From: Gracilinanus agilis
Lineage: Eukaryota
Length of the DNA: 64,000 nucleotides
Direction: 5' to 3'
Assembly (NCBI RefSeq): GCF_016433145.1
Contig: NC_058132.1
Location: forward strand, 123,313,319-123,377,318
In this document: in pieces, positions 26,781 through 39,475 of the stretch
Position numbering within the stretch: the stretch's first letter is position 1
How the letters are laid out: each line of letters starts with the position of its first letter
Position numbers and translations under genes: made by a program
The notes under the pieces: model-generated
What the model was told of the DNA's origin: nothing
What the model saw: the letters and a program-made list of their open reading frames with translations, nothing else
The model's database searches: none

Positions 26781-27569
26781 TATAGGTTGAGAGTTGGAAA
26801 GGACTGTAAGAGCCATCTAGTTCAAATTCTTCATTTTACTGAGGAGGAAACCGAGGCTCATAGAATTGAATGGACTTGCCCAGAGTCACAGAATTAGTAA
26901 GTTTTGGAGGAAGCATTTGAATGTAGTTCTCCTGGACTCCAGGTCCAACCCTCTATCATACTGTTTCTCTTCAAAGAGAAGACGGATGATCATTCAGTGG
27001 GGAGGCCCTGTTTAATTTCACATTAGACCAGAGAGCTTCTAAGTCCTCTTCTAACAATTACATTCTGTAATCACATTTAAGAGTTGAGGAATGAGTGAGT
27101 AAATAAGGAAATGGGAGAGTGTAGATTACGTTTTCCTAGAAATTTGGAAGTGAAAGGATGGAGAGGAACTGATGAAGAGTTGAAAGCATTAACAGGGTCA
27201 AAGGTAGGGGAGATCTGAATATATGTTTGTAGACAGAGGAGAAGGAACAGAATGAAAAAGAAGAGTGAAAATGGAAGAGAGGATGAAAAGTCCTAGAGAA
27301 GGTGGTGAAAGGGATGGAATCAAGGGCATAGGAAGAAGAGTTAGCAATGGGCAGGAGGACAGAGCACTTCCTCTGTGGGAAAAGAAGATGAATGAAGGAG
27401 TATGGATTAAGAACACTGAGGGACTGCCCATAGGACAGATTTGATTTTCCTGGATTTGCACAATGGAGATCATAGTAAAAATAAAATGCTTAATAAAGAG
27501 AATAGCCCAAACTCCTATCCAAACTTTGGATCAGATATGGAGATAGGTTAGTTCTGGGAAGGTCTGATG

Positions 27570-27970
27570 CAGAGCCTTCCTAAACTCTCCAGGAAAAAAT
27601 AAATTAATGCTATTTAAAATACTTATTCATTCAGGACATGATTTCTTTTAGGCTTGGTTAATTTCCATGGGACCCTGGAGCTGGAACTCATTACTAACTT
27701 ACATGTTAGCCTTCAATGTAGATCTGTAATTTAATAATATCTTATGGAAAAACAAATGTTACAGGTAGATAATGAGTTACATATGGAATTAGGGAAACGG
27801 ACTGAATCCTATTTGGGAAAATGAATAGTGAACTTTCACTGATCTAATTCTACAAGGTTCTAGGTCATCACAGCAAAAGTCCCTAGTTACAATATTCTTT
27901 CAGTGTTGGCATGTGGGCACAAAAACTGGAACACTCACAGGAGAATTAAAATCATAAATAACCTAAAACA
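27570..27970 (+). mobile_element. RTE-clade LINE fragment
   Basis: caggtagataatgagtta...atttgggaaaatg...aatattctttcagtgttg, RTE-like. Confidence 0.55.
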
Positions 27971-29438
27971 CAATGGAAGGGTACATTGCAGCTAGATGTC
28001 ACAGGGGATAGAGCACTGGACTTGGAAACTGGAAAGACCTGAGAATGAATCCTGCCTCAGGCATTCACCAGCTGTGTGACCATGGGTGCTCTAGCTTCAG
28101 TTTCTTTATCTGTGAAATGAGGGGGTTGGAAAGGCAGTCTCTAAGATTCCTTCCGGCTCTAAATCTTTGATCCTATGGTGGGTGTAGGCAGGCTGCTGAG
28201 CACAAATTGGTGTGCATGAAGTGTAATAAATGACATTAAAAGAATATATAATGACTAGGATGTAACCAGTCAAATAACCCCAAAGAATGACGAATTAGAG
28301 ATAAGAAACTCCCAAGGTACAATGGGATTTCTGAAATAATTAAAGATAAAAACAACATCAGAGGAAGTTCTCCAGTATTTGGGGTAGGTCATCTATGGTA
28401 CATAGATGAAAAAACCAATTCAAGAACTATATAGGAGGAGAAAAAAGGTGGGTGAGAAATGAAGGGTAGGAGGAAGTCTTTCATTCTGGAAGCAATACCC
28501 AGACCAGTGAAATCATGGCTCCATTCAAGTTTTAGAGCACAGTCATCCCAAGCATTTCCTTTAACACCTACTGAGGTAACTAGTAGGAGAATCAAACTAA
28601 TATGTTGAGGTCCTCATTTCCTTTAATCAAATAATTAAACTATGCGTTTAAAAGATCTAAAGTTAAAAGCTCTAATTCATGCATCAAAATACATACACAA
28701 CTTAATTGCATATAAGCATTCACATTTGAACAAGGGATCGGAGGTACATTGAGATTTATGATATACATGATATAAAGCTTATTCTTCCCCTTGACTTTTT
28801 AAAAGAAAATCTTCCAGATCCTCTTGGGTTTAAATATAACCACAATAATCAAATGCAGTGAGGTTCTATACTCACTCTTCCCAGGGCAACATGGTGGCCT
28901 CTGGCTCCCAATGGCTCACTCTACATGTCTCCCTCAGTATTCTAGGGCTTTGAGATTCTTTTCTAATGCCATTAGTTCTAGCCCCTACTCCAGTGCATTC
29001 TCCTCCCTGTTAATCAAAAGTGATTAGTGCCTCAATTTTATTTAGCCAATTAGCATCAATTATCTTTTACAAAGGGATATTTTGAAGAAAGAGTAAGAAA
29101 AGAAATTTCATTTCCCCCAAATCATGAGATAGAGGTGGGGGGAATAGAGTCACACTTTCCCATCACTCCAGAGTCTGAAAATAGCTCCTACTTAAGACAT
29201 CTGCTACAACCCATTCATCCCACCATCTTCACTATCAAATGTAGGATAGCTTTTGGATGGGTAAGTCCACACTCTGCCACTACTGGGTGGATTAAGTTTG
29301 TCATTCTTCAAGATCTTGGCTGCCACCTCTTCCCATGCTTTGTCTTCCACAGATCTCAGCACAGCTTCTACCTTCCAGACCTCTAACCATTCCGATCTTT
29401 CAAAGCTCATAAGTCTCCACTGCTTAGTCTAAAAGCAG

Positions 29439-29439
<1 letters not shown>

Positions 29440-29484
<45 letters not shown>
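29440..29484. repeat. (CA)n microsatellite
   Basis: Seen directly. Confidence 0.98.
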
Positions 29485-29486
<2 letters not shown>

Positions 29487-30549
29487 CATGCACGCATGTG
29501 TGCACATACACACAAGCAAAGAACAGAGGCACCCTATTTGTAAGTTCCCTGGAAGGGATTTATCCAAGTCCTCTCCTCAGACAGAAGCTCGTAGCATTGT
29601 CTCTCTCACTCAAACAGCATCCAGGCAGGAAGAGGGTAAAATGAAACTTCCACTGGTCACTTAATGCCTTCTGAAGGTACCCCAGTTCCAGTTCTACAGC
29701 CATTTGGTGGTCCCTGTCTTCACCACACTGGCGAGCAGATTAGAACCAGGTCCAGAATGGGCATGCTCCAAGCAGAGAACATTATACATCATCGTGCCTT
29801 TCTGGCTCTTTTGTCTTCATGCCTCCTCAGGCAGCACGGGTGATTCTTTAGACTTCCTCTGCTCTGATGGACTGGTTCCACCGAGAATCTCCATTTTAAG
29901 GAAAATGCCCAGAGCAGCCTTATCTTTATTCTTCTCCAGGCTGCACTCTGGACCTTTATCTTTCTCTACCATGCCCTGATATCTCACACTCCTCCCTGTA
30001 GCTTTTCAACTTTTTTTTTTTTTTTTATGTGTGTCTTCCTTCATTAAAATGTAAACTCCCCGAGGACAGGGACTTTTTCTTTATTCCTGTGTTTTTATTC
30101 CCAGAGCATGAGAATACCTGGCAGCCAGGCGGAAAGTGGATAGAACCTTGCACTTAGAGGCAGGAAGACGGTTCAAACCTGGCCTCAGATAACTTACTAT
30201 GTGTCCATGGGCAAGTCATGTAACCTCTGAGAAAACAGCTTCATTTTCCTCAATTATAAAATGGTTATAATGGTAGCACCTACTTCAGTGAATTTTTATG
30301 AAGATCAAAAGAGATAATATTTATAAAGCCCTTGGCATAGTGTCTGGCACATCATAGGCACTTAATAAAAGTTTCTCCCTCCCCACCCCACCCCCCAAAT
30401 TCCCCTCAGAAAGCACTTAATAATGCTTGTTGGCTTGATTTGACTTCCAAACCAAACACTAGGGGCATGGTTATCCTCTTCCAGTTATACAACAAACCAA
30501 CCAACCAACAAGAATTAATAGAGAGGCAGTAGAGTTAGAAGATGAGAGA

Positions 30550-30752
30550 NNNNNNNNNNNNNNNNNNNNNNNNNNNNNNNNNNNNNNNNNNNNNNNNNNN
30601 NNNNNNNNNNNNNNNNNNNNNNNNNNNNNNNNNNNNNNNNNNNNNNNNNNNNNNNNNNNNNNNNNNNNNNNNNNNNNNNNNNNNNNNNNNNNNNNNNNNN
30701 NNNNNNNNNNNNNNNNNNNNNNNNNNNNNNNNNNNNNNNNNNNNNNNNNNNN
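30550..30752. other. Assembly gap (203 N)
   Basis: N run inside MIR-like sequence. Confidence 1.
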
Positions 30753-31753
30753 CTACTACCTGTGTGATATAGGGTAGGCATTTTTGGGTGTTAGCTTACT
30801 ATAAAATGAGAAAGTTGGCCTGGATGGCCTCTAAGGTGCTTAATAAATGCCTGCTGATGGATTTATTGTTTCCCAGTTTAATACTCTTCCAACTACATGA
30901 CATTGCTTTCCCAAGTGACCTTTAAATTCTCAAGAAATGTGAAAACTGAAGCAATGATGAATAATTATGGCTGATATTCATGTAGCCCTTTAAGGCTTAC
31001 ATAATGTTTTACATGGATTATCTCATTGATAGCCCACAACAACTCAATGATTGGAAATCCTACAGGTATTATCATCCCTATTTTATAGAAGAGGAAAGAG
31101 AGGCCCAGAGAGGTTAAATGTTAATAAGAGTTAGAGGCTGAATTTGAGGCCAGGTCTCCATGACTCCAGCTCCCCTGATTCCCTGAACCACTCTACCACA
31201 GTCTCCAAGCCCAGAGTCTCCTTGTATCTTATAATAAACTTAAATTTGGCACAATCTCATGTTTATCTGCCTCTAAGGGATAGGGTGAGTACTGACTAGA
31301 GAATGACTGTACAAGGCTTTGTACGTTAAAAGTTGCCCAATAACACTGCTAGGATGGGTGAAAGCCAGGACTAAGATAAGCACTGGATGAGAGACCTATG
31401 TAGGTAAGATCATCAATCATCTTCTAATCCAAGGCAAATCTATGGGGGTATCTATTTATTTTCCAGAGATGTTGAAACTTTGGCAAACACTAACCCTCCT
31501 GGACTTTTTTTTGTCTAATCCTCCTTCTCTTTTTTGTTCACATACACATAAACACTCACACATAAGCGAAAAATCATGTACTTCATGGTTTTGAAAACTT
31601 AAGTGAATTAAATTAAGCTATAAAGTTAAGTTTAACTTTAAAAAAATAAGTGAATTAAAATTCTTTTTGTGTAGAAGATTCTACTATACCTCTTGGGATA
31701 CCTAGAAATATCTGGGACACTAGAAAATCAGGGTAAGGGAGCATTTCCTAGCC

Positions 31754-31943
31754 CAGGGGTTCTTGTGGTCTGTGGATATATTATTATTTTTTAATTCTTT
31801 GATAACTATTTTCAAGATAATGGGCTCCTTTATAATCTTAGCATTTTATTTTTAAAAACATTATTCTGAGATGAGGTCCACAGTCTTAACCAATCTTCTG
31901 AAAGGACCCAGGACATCAACAAAAAAAAGGTTAGAAACTTCTG
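31754..31943. mobile_element. Old hAT-Charlie-type non-autonomous DNA transposon (MITE)
   Basis: caggggttctt...aaaggttagaaacttctg termini; internal aaaaacattattctgaga...ggtcca motif; TSD not preserved. Confidence 0.75.
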
Positions 31944-32989
31944 GAACAGACAAACAATACAAGAAAAATATAGAAAACAAAGTTTTGCAAAAATGAGAAA
32001 GAAAATCATTACTTTAGGAGATAAAAATAGTTAGAAATAACCAAGGAGTCAAGGCCAGGACCCTGCTATGAATGAAAAGAGATTAAAGCTAAGAAACAGG
32101 GGAATATGCTTAACTCTCTCACCCCCACTCCCACACACACCTTCTGCTGCCGCTGTGTAGCATAAAACTCAGCACCACAATTCCTCATGGTCCAGTTGTC
32201 CTAAGTTTGCCAACACTCTTGTAATTCATAAAATTTTCATTTAGTGTTGATCTGTTTAGGTTTTCTCAATTTACATCTTCAAGAAGCTGGAGCACAATCT
32301 CTCTTCCCCTTCCTCTAATCTCTTCTGAAGAGAGTAAGGGCATTTCAAATTCTCATATCTTCTTGGCTTTTTAAAGTTTTATCAAATGTATTTGGTAGAG
32401 TAATTAAGCATTAAGTAATAACAGCGTTTAAGATGTGGGGTTTCCATTTTTTTTAAACCATGGTTCATAGATGGAGATAAAAGTATCAATCATTGAAGGG
32501 CTTACCAACAAGATCGAGTGACTAGAGATGATGGTAGACCATGGCCAAAGCTTTGGGTGTTACTGAGGTTTGAGCAGGCCCTTCAGTCCAGAGATAATTT
32601 CAAGGGGGACATCCCTAGGACTCAGAGAAGATCCAGTTACAAGCTTCATGGGAACTGACCAATAGCCCCTGCTATGTAGGCAGCCAGAATCAAAAGTTTT
32701 CTTTTTTTCATTCCTAGCAAAACGTTTTGCACTGATGACATAATAGCTAGCATTTATTAAACCTCTACTATGTGCCAGGCACTGTGTTAAGTGCTTTTTA
32801 ATTATTATTATCTCATTTGATCCTCAAGACACTTTGGGAAATAGATGCTATTATCATCCCCATTTTACAGATGAGGACACTGACATGGTTCTTTTGATCC
32901 TTCTGACCCTATAAGAAAGATCCACTGGAGCAACTTCTCTTAGACCTACTGGATTTTCCACTCCATGTTCATTACATTTGACACCACTA

Positions 32990-33236
32990 ATGGTCTAGTA
33001 GTGAATATGGTGCTGGCCCTGGAGTTAGGAAGACTCATTTTCCTGAGTTCAAATCTGGCCTCAATCACCTACTAGTTGTGTGACCTTGGACAAATCACTG
33101 AATCCTACTTGCCTCAGTTTCCTCATCTGTAAAATGAGCTAGAGAAAGAAATGGCAAACTGCTCTAGTAGCTTTGCCAAGAAAACCCCAATTGGGGTCAT
33201 CAAGAGTCAGACATGTCTGAAAATGCCTGAACAACA
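32990..33236 (+). mobile_element. MAR1-type core-SINE
   Basis: Head, core and RTE tail (ggggtcatcaagagtcagacatg...aacaac). Confidence 0.9.
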
Positions 33237-33969
33237 GCCTCCATGGAGAAAAAAGGGACACAAACAAAAATTCTTGGCATGAGGATGCTCCCATATACCC
33301 TCTCCCTGAGTGTGATAACCGTATCCTTATAAGCTAAGTACACCTTCCATTAAACCCCTTGCCCATGTTGAGTCAGGCATTTACATCACCCGATACCTAA
33401 GCTTAGGAAGATTGCCAGCAGCCACCTACTCTTCTAAAACCAGTCCTTAGAGTGCAATCACCAAGAAATGAAACTGAATGCTTATGAAAGAATACCTCGA
33501 GCCATGTTTCCTCCCACTAACTCCCTTGAAATGTTCTGTCTGAAGGGATAAGGGTCAGTCCAGGATTTGGGACTTCCCAAGGTTCGGTGGTGTGTTTCTC
33601 TTTTGCCATCTAGGCTTTCCACCGTCCTTCCAAAATGGGAGAGCTGCAGGGGCAGTTGGAAAGTGTTTTGGATTTGAAAGCAGAGGATTTGGTTTCAAAT
33701 CCCAGCTTTTCCACTGACCACCCGGATGTCGTAGGGCAGATTATTTTTACTTCTCTGGACCTCAGTTTCCATAGCTGTAAAAAGGAGATGGGAAGATGAA
33801 AGACCAATTCTACTGTGTTGTTGTAGGAGTGTGAGTCATAGGAAATTACTCCCTGAAGAATGAAAACTGAGAATCACTCACAGGGCAATGGAGAGATAAA
33901 TGGGTGTAAGCAGGTGGCAATGCTTAATAAATAAGGGACCGCGACAAAAGCTTGGAATGAAGGATGCTT

Positions 33970-34203
33970 CTGTTTCATTCATGTTCAATTCTTTGTGACC
34001 CCATTTGGGATTTTCTTAGCAAAGAGTGCTTTGCCATTTCCTTCTCTGCAGCTTATTTTCCAGATGAGGAACTGAGGCAGACAGGGTGAAGTGACTTGCC
34101 TAGGGGCACACAGCTACTAAGAGTCTGAGGCCAGATTTATACTCGGAAAGATAGTCTTCCTGACTCCAGCTGTGGCACTCTATTGTACCATCTAGATACC
34201 CCA
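33970..34203 (-). mobile_element. MAR1-type core-SINE
   Basis: Antisense copy; TSD gaatgaaggat (33955-33965 / 34204-34214). Confidence 0.9.
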
Positions 34204-34820
34204 GAATGAAGGATATTATCCAAGAGATGCCGGATTAAAAAATAAAATGGGACAGCAACCTCAACTTCAAGAGAGAATGAAAGCTTCAGCACTTCAGATG
34301 TACTCCCTGTGGTAAGCTCATGGGAGAACATAGATCAATCACACAAGATGGGATGACACAGACAATGGGAATCACCCCAGCGGCAATCCCTCAGATCCAT
34401 TAGGGAGGAAATGGCCTCGAAGGCACCTCCAGCTCTTGTTTTGGTACTTGTCTTTCTATTAGTTCAACTAACAAATTTATTAAAGCCAGTATGTACATAA
34501 GGATGCTTTGTTCTGTGGTATATAAGGAGGAAGAAAAGAAATGAGCATTTATTAAGTACTATATACCAGGCACTGTGCTAAATGCTTTATGAATATTATT
34601 TCATTTGATACTCACAACAACCCTAGGAGATCAGTGCTCTTATTAACCCCATTTCACATTTGAGGAAAATAAGTCAGATATGAGCTAAGTGACTTGCCTA
34701 GGGTCATACAGCTAATAAATGAGGCTGCATTTGAACTCAGTTTTTCCCCAGGACCAGTGCTCTATCCACTTGTGCCAAATAGCTATCTTTAGAACCACAT
34801 GACTCCTCTCCTCTACTCCA

Positions 34821-35041
34821 TTTTTTTTCCAATTTATAATAATTTAAAAAAATTTTAAAGATCCTGTCTTGGAATCAATACTAAGTATCAGTTCCAAGGC
34901 AGAAGAGTGGTAAGGGCTAGGCTATGAGAATTAAGTGACTTGCCTAGGGTCACACAGCTAGGAAGTGTCTAAGGCTAGATTTGAATTTAGGATCTCCCAT
35001 CTCTAGGCTGGCTTTCAATCTACTAAGCCACCCAGCTGTCC
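34821..35041 (-). mobile_element. SINE1_Mdo-type SINE
   Basis: Diagnostic sequence. Confidence 0.93.
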
Positions 35042-36254
35042 TCTATCCTCTATTCCTAACCCATAACCTGGTCTCTACCCAGCACAGTGTCTGGCACATT
35101 ACAGGTTCTTAATAAATGTTACTGAAATTCTTTTTAAAAAAATTTGTAAATTACAAATTCTAGGACCCAGTCACTTGTCTTCAATGAATCTTTGTACAGC
35201 ATGGAGCCTGTCACCAGGTTCTTTCTGTCATCTCCATGTATATTAAAATCTTGCTTTGTTGATTGTTAATTCTACCCAAATACCAGCCTTCTGGGATCAG
35301 TCTCTTTTTTGACCTCATTGCTCTCTGAAACCTCATTACCTCATGTCCTAGTAGCTTTCCATCTCTCTACCCCACAAAGGTTTTGACTGGGCTTATTGTT
35401 AGTGCTGATCGAATACCTTGGACAGTCCTGCCATGATTTGGCCTCAGTTCTCTCTTTGGCCATATTCCACATTTCTGCCCTAATTAGACCCTAGAGGATA
35501 TCTCGAGTTCTTCCCAAGCCCCTACCTTTTTCTTCCCTGAAACCCATATTTTATAAATGTTCCTATTCAGAGGATCTCTTGAATTATCAAATAGGGCTTT
35601 ACTAATCAAGATGTAAACCAGGCAATACCTCCCTAATATCTAAGACTTTTTTAGATCAAGAAGGAAGTAAGGTCATTGGCAAATGTGTCCTCTTACAAGC
35701 TGGAGAAGTTGAGAAGGAGTTGTAAGAGTCAATACTAACAAAGTCTTATGATTAACATCCCAAGAAAAAGGGAACCAAGAGAATCAGAGTTCAGATTAGA
35801 ACTATTACACTTGGAAATATTTTCTAGCATTCAAGCAAACGAAATGAAAATGCAAAAACTTAAAAACACTCAATGTCTCTCTGAAAGGTTATTGATACAG
35901 TTTATAATTGATTATGTGAGCCTGGTCCCAGCTGCAATACTGACCTTAATCTTGAGATACCTAGGCATTAGGTTTGGGAGATCTAAGGATCACACAGGCA
36001 GTATGTATCAGGGGCAGGATTTGAATTCAGATCTTCTTTAAGCCAAGGCTAACTCACTATCACTATACCATATTATCTGTTTTTATTAACTTTGTTTTTA
36101 TTTGTTACCATTTATTTTTATATAATATATAACATAACATTTATAATATATTATGTATGTGTCATATATAATATATAACATAACAATTATGTAATATGTC
36201 TCATCTGTTATAAATATATAATAAATTATAACAAATACGCTTCTCCAAGAGAAA

Positions 36255-36760
36255 CAGTCTCATGTTAGCTATGTCCAAAAATCTATGCCTTATTCTTTTT
36301 CTTCCTCTCCCTCCCTTTCCTCTCCTCTCCCCAAAAAAGCAAGTGATATGATTTAGGCTGTACACATGTTTTCATGTAATACATATATCCCTGTTCATCA
36401 TTTTGTGAAACAAGATACACATTGCTAACACTAGAGAAAATTCATGGAGGAAATAAAGAGAAGAATGGTGTGTTTCAGTCTTTATTTGAACTCCATCTGT
36501 TCTTTCCATGGTGGTGAATATCCTTTTTCATCATGAATAAATTTTATAGTAATTATAATATTTATTTTCTTTATTTTCTTTTAATAACAAATTTCCACAT
36601 AAGTTTTCCAAAAATATATGATCCATATTGTCTCCCTCCCGTCTTCTCTCCCCCCTCCTAGATTTACCAAGCAAGCCAGTCTGGGTTTATACATGGATTA
36701 TCAAGCAAAATACATTTTCATATTACTTCTTTTTGTAGGTGAATCATCTTTATAATCTTT
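36255..36760 (-). mobile_element. Two L1 3'-UTR fragments
   Basis: ggaggaaataaagagaagaatggtgtgtttcagtc... and tttaataacaaatttccacataagttttccaa... L1 3' ends. Confidence 0.75.
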
Positions 36761-37518
36761 ATAATAATATTTTAATTAATATAATATTCATTTTAAAAAT
36801 TCATTTAATTAATATAATATTCATTACTTTCATATGTAAGCAAAGGGGTAAGTGTTTTGTGTGAGGCAGGAGAAGATGTAGAAGTCTCATGGCTAAACCA
36901 AGACGAGTTAGGGAGAATTCATTGCCTCACTTCCCATCAGTGAGGGAAAGCATGCTGGGGGAAGTGAGAAATTGGAGAATCTTTTAGAACAAGAGAAGAG
37001 GGAAGGATTGGGTGAGCTAAGGCAGCTAACATTTTAGGTAACAATATTTTAGCCTAGAAAAAAAGTAATCTCTTGGCAAGTTATTGCTATGGAATTATGT
37101 CCCACTGCAAGGGGAAGGCTGAGAAGGCAGAAGGGGATGTCATGGGAATTAAAAAAGGAGCTCTGGTCTCAACATACATAGCGTGGGTTGATAATGAGAC
37201 AAATAAGCTTGAGTGTGCTTTGGAATTGAGCTATTGCCAAGGGTGAATGGATGGATATGCACTTCATTTGAACATATGTCGTTGGTAAGCCCATGGAGAT
37301 GAATGGTGTTACCCAAAGTCCTTGGGAACAGGAGGAAGAGCAGGAAAGCAACGAGGAGAACCAGGCAGAGAAACTTTTTAAGATTCTTGGATGTTAGAAA
37401 CCAGAAAGTGCTGACTTTATAGCAGGTGGGTTTGAATCCCCTCTCAGATGTGTGACCCTGGGCAAATCATATTGTCTCTTTGGTACATAGTTTCCTTATC
37501 TGTAAAATAAGGGCCTTA

Positions 37519-37780
37519 GACCAGGTTGAATAAAGCACACTTGTAATCTCTGCCCCTCCTTCCCCTCCAGATTGCTGAGCTCCAGTGGGCTAAGCTGATC
37601 GGGTGTCTGCACTTTCAGCATTAATATAGTAAGCACTGGTGAGAGTGGAGATGCCAGGTTGCCTAAGGACGGGTGACCTGGCCCAAGGTGGACATGGAAC
37701 AGGTCAGTGGGAAAGGGACTAAGAGTACCCCCTACACTTCTTGCCTGGGTAACACAGGAGATCCAGCCTTCAAAATAAAA
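37519..37780 (+). pseudogene. RN7SL (pseudogene): 7SL (SRP RNA) retropseudogene with internal deletions
   Basis: gctgatcgggtgtctgcact...ccaggttgcctaaggacgggtgacctggcccaagg...ggaacaggtca matches the 7SL S domain; 3' gcctgggtaacacaggagatcc then A-rich tail. Confidence 0.9.
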
Positions 37781-38594
37781 TCAAAGAAATGGATTGATTT
37801 TGATCTCTAAGGTCCCTTCCAGCTCTAATTCTATGATCCTATTGTAGCATCCTTTGGGTGTTGCCAAGGAGATAGAGCCAATACCACAGATAATTGCCTG
37901 CTGATCAGGACGGAAATTCCCGGTATGCCCTGACCCTGTCACTGAATGGGTCAAACTGAAAGGCTTGCCTCTCTCCCAGCATAAAGAATAGGAGTGTGCA
38001 AAAGCCTCCTGGGAGATAAGCTATGTGCAAACATGAGAATGATGTAAGTGGACATCCTGAGGGGACAGTGTGGATGGCAGCAGCCACAGAAAAATCCATG
38101 TCCACCAACAGTGCCATGGCTCGAAAGAGGCATCCATCCAGGGGCAGGGGAGAAGAGGAGGCTGTGATAGGATGTGATCAGGGCTGAGCCAGGCAGCAGA
38201 CGCAGAGAGCCATAGCCATTGTTTTAATGAGACACATCTGGTGATTCCTACTCCCTTTCTCAGCGTCCCTTTTACCTTACAGATTTCTCAAGAGGGACTC
38301 TCTTATTTCCCCAATCTTTGTTCTTTCAGTTTCTTTTGCTGCCTATTTCTTGCTTTCTGTTTCCCTCTTGGGGTGTTAAAAAGAAACCAATTTCTTTAGG
38401 GTAATGCGATCATTCATTGCATGAGTGATTTTTGGGGTAAATGAGGCCATGGATGATAAATTCCATGAGAGAAGTAGGTAGATTTTAAATGATGATATAG
38501 ATTTGACAGAGATCATCCAGTTGCTAGACATCCCCAGTCGGGAGCTTGAACTGAATAAAATAGAAGTTTAAAAATGGATTCGTTTTAAAAATTA

Positions 38595-38767
38595 AAAATT
38601 GATACTTGGTATTGGTTCCAAGACAGAAGAATAATAAGGATTAGGCAATGGGTGGTAAGTGACTTGCCCAGGGTCACACAGCTAGGAAGTGTCTGGGGTC
38701 AGATCTGAACCCGAGACCTCCCATCTCTAGGTTTGGCTCTCTATCCACTAAGCCACTTAGCTGCCCC
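38595..38767 (-). mobile_element. SINE1_Mdo-type SINE
   Basis: Diagnostic sequence. Confidence 0.92.
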
Positions 38768-38974
38768 TTGATTTATATTTTTTATCACTTCCCCAAAGCT
38801 AGGATGAACAAGGGAATCCAGAACCATACCAAGATACAAATGATTAAGGCAGAGCCCTGTTGGTGGGGGAGATTTGTAAGTGAGAGGGAGTTAGATTTCC
38901 AAGATAGCCTGAGATACCTCCTATTCCCTCTCCTTCTCCTTATCAAGGAAAATCATTCCTTGATAAACAGGATG

Positions 38975-39475
38975 ATTTAAGAAAGAGGTGGAAAGACCTA
39001 CATGAACTGATGCAGGGTGAAATAAGCAGAACCAGGAGATCATTACACACAGAAAAAGCAATATTGTGGAATGATCAACTGATCAACTGTGAGAGACTTA
39101 GTTATTATCAGAAATACAACGATCCAGGACACTTCTGAGGAACTTATAACAAAGAATGTCATCCACCCCCAGAGAAAGAATTGTTGGGAGTCAGAATGCA
39201 GATGAAAGATTTTTCAATTGTTTATTTGGGTTTATGTGTTTTGAGATTTTGGTTTTATAAAATTAGTCACGAAATGAACAATATGGAAATGTTTTGCATG
39301 ATAATACATATATAACCCAGATCAAATCACCTGCCAGCACCAGTAAAGGGAAAGGAAGGGATGGAGGGAGATAAGTTCTATCATATAACTTGGGAAAACT
39401 TGGGTGGAAATTTATTACATGAAATTGATAATAAAATAAAATATATAAAAGCAAAGAAAAAGAAAGAAAATCATT
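38975..39475 (+). mobile_element. L1 ORF2 end plus 3' UTR
   Basis: ggaaagacctacatgaactgatgcagggtgaaataagcagaaccagg... with A-rich tail. Confidence 0.92.

Noticed and set aside
29704-29979. 91-aa ORF in unique sequence
   Set aside because: Non-ATG start, no recognisable domain, and other frames are closed.
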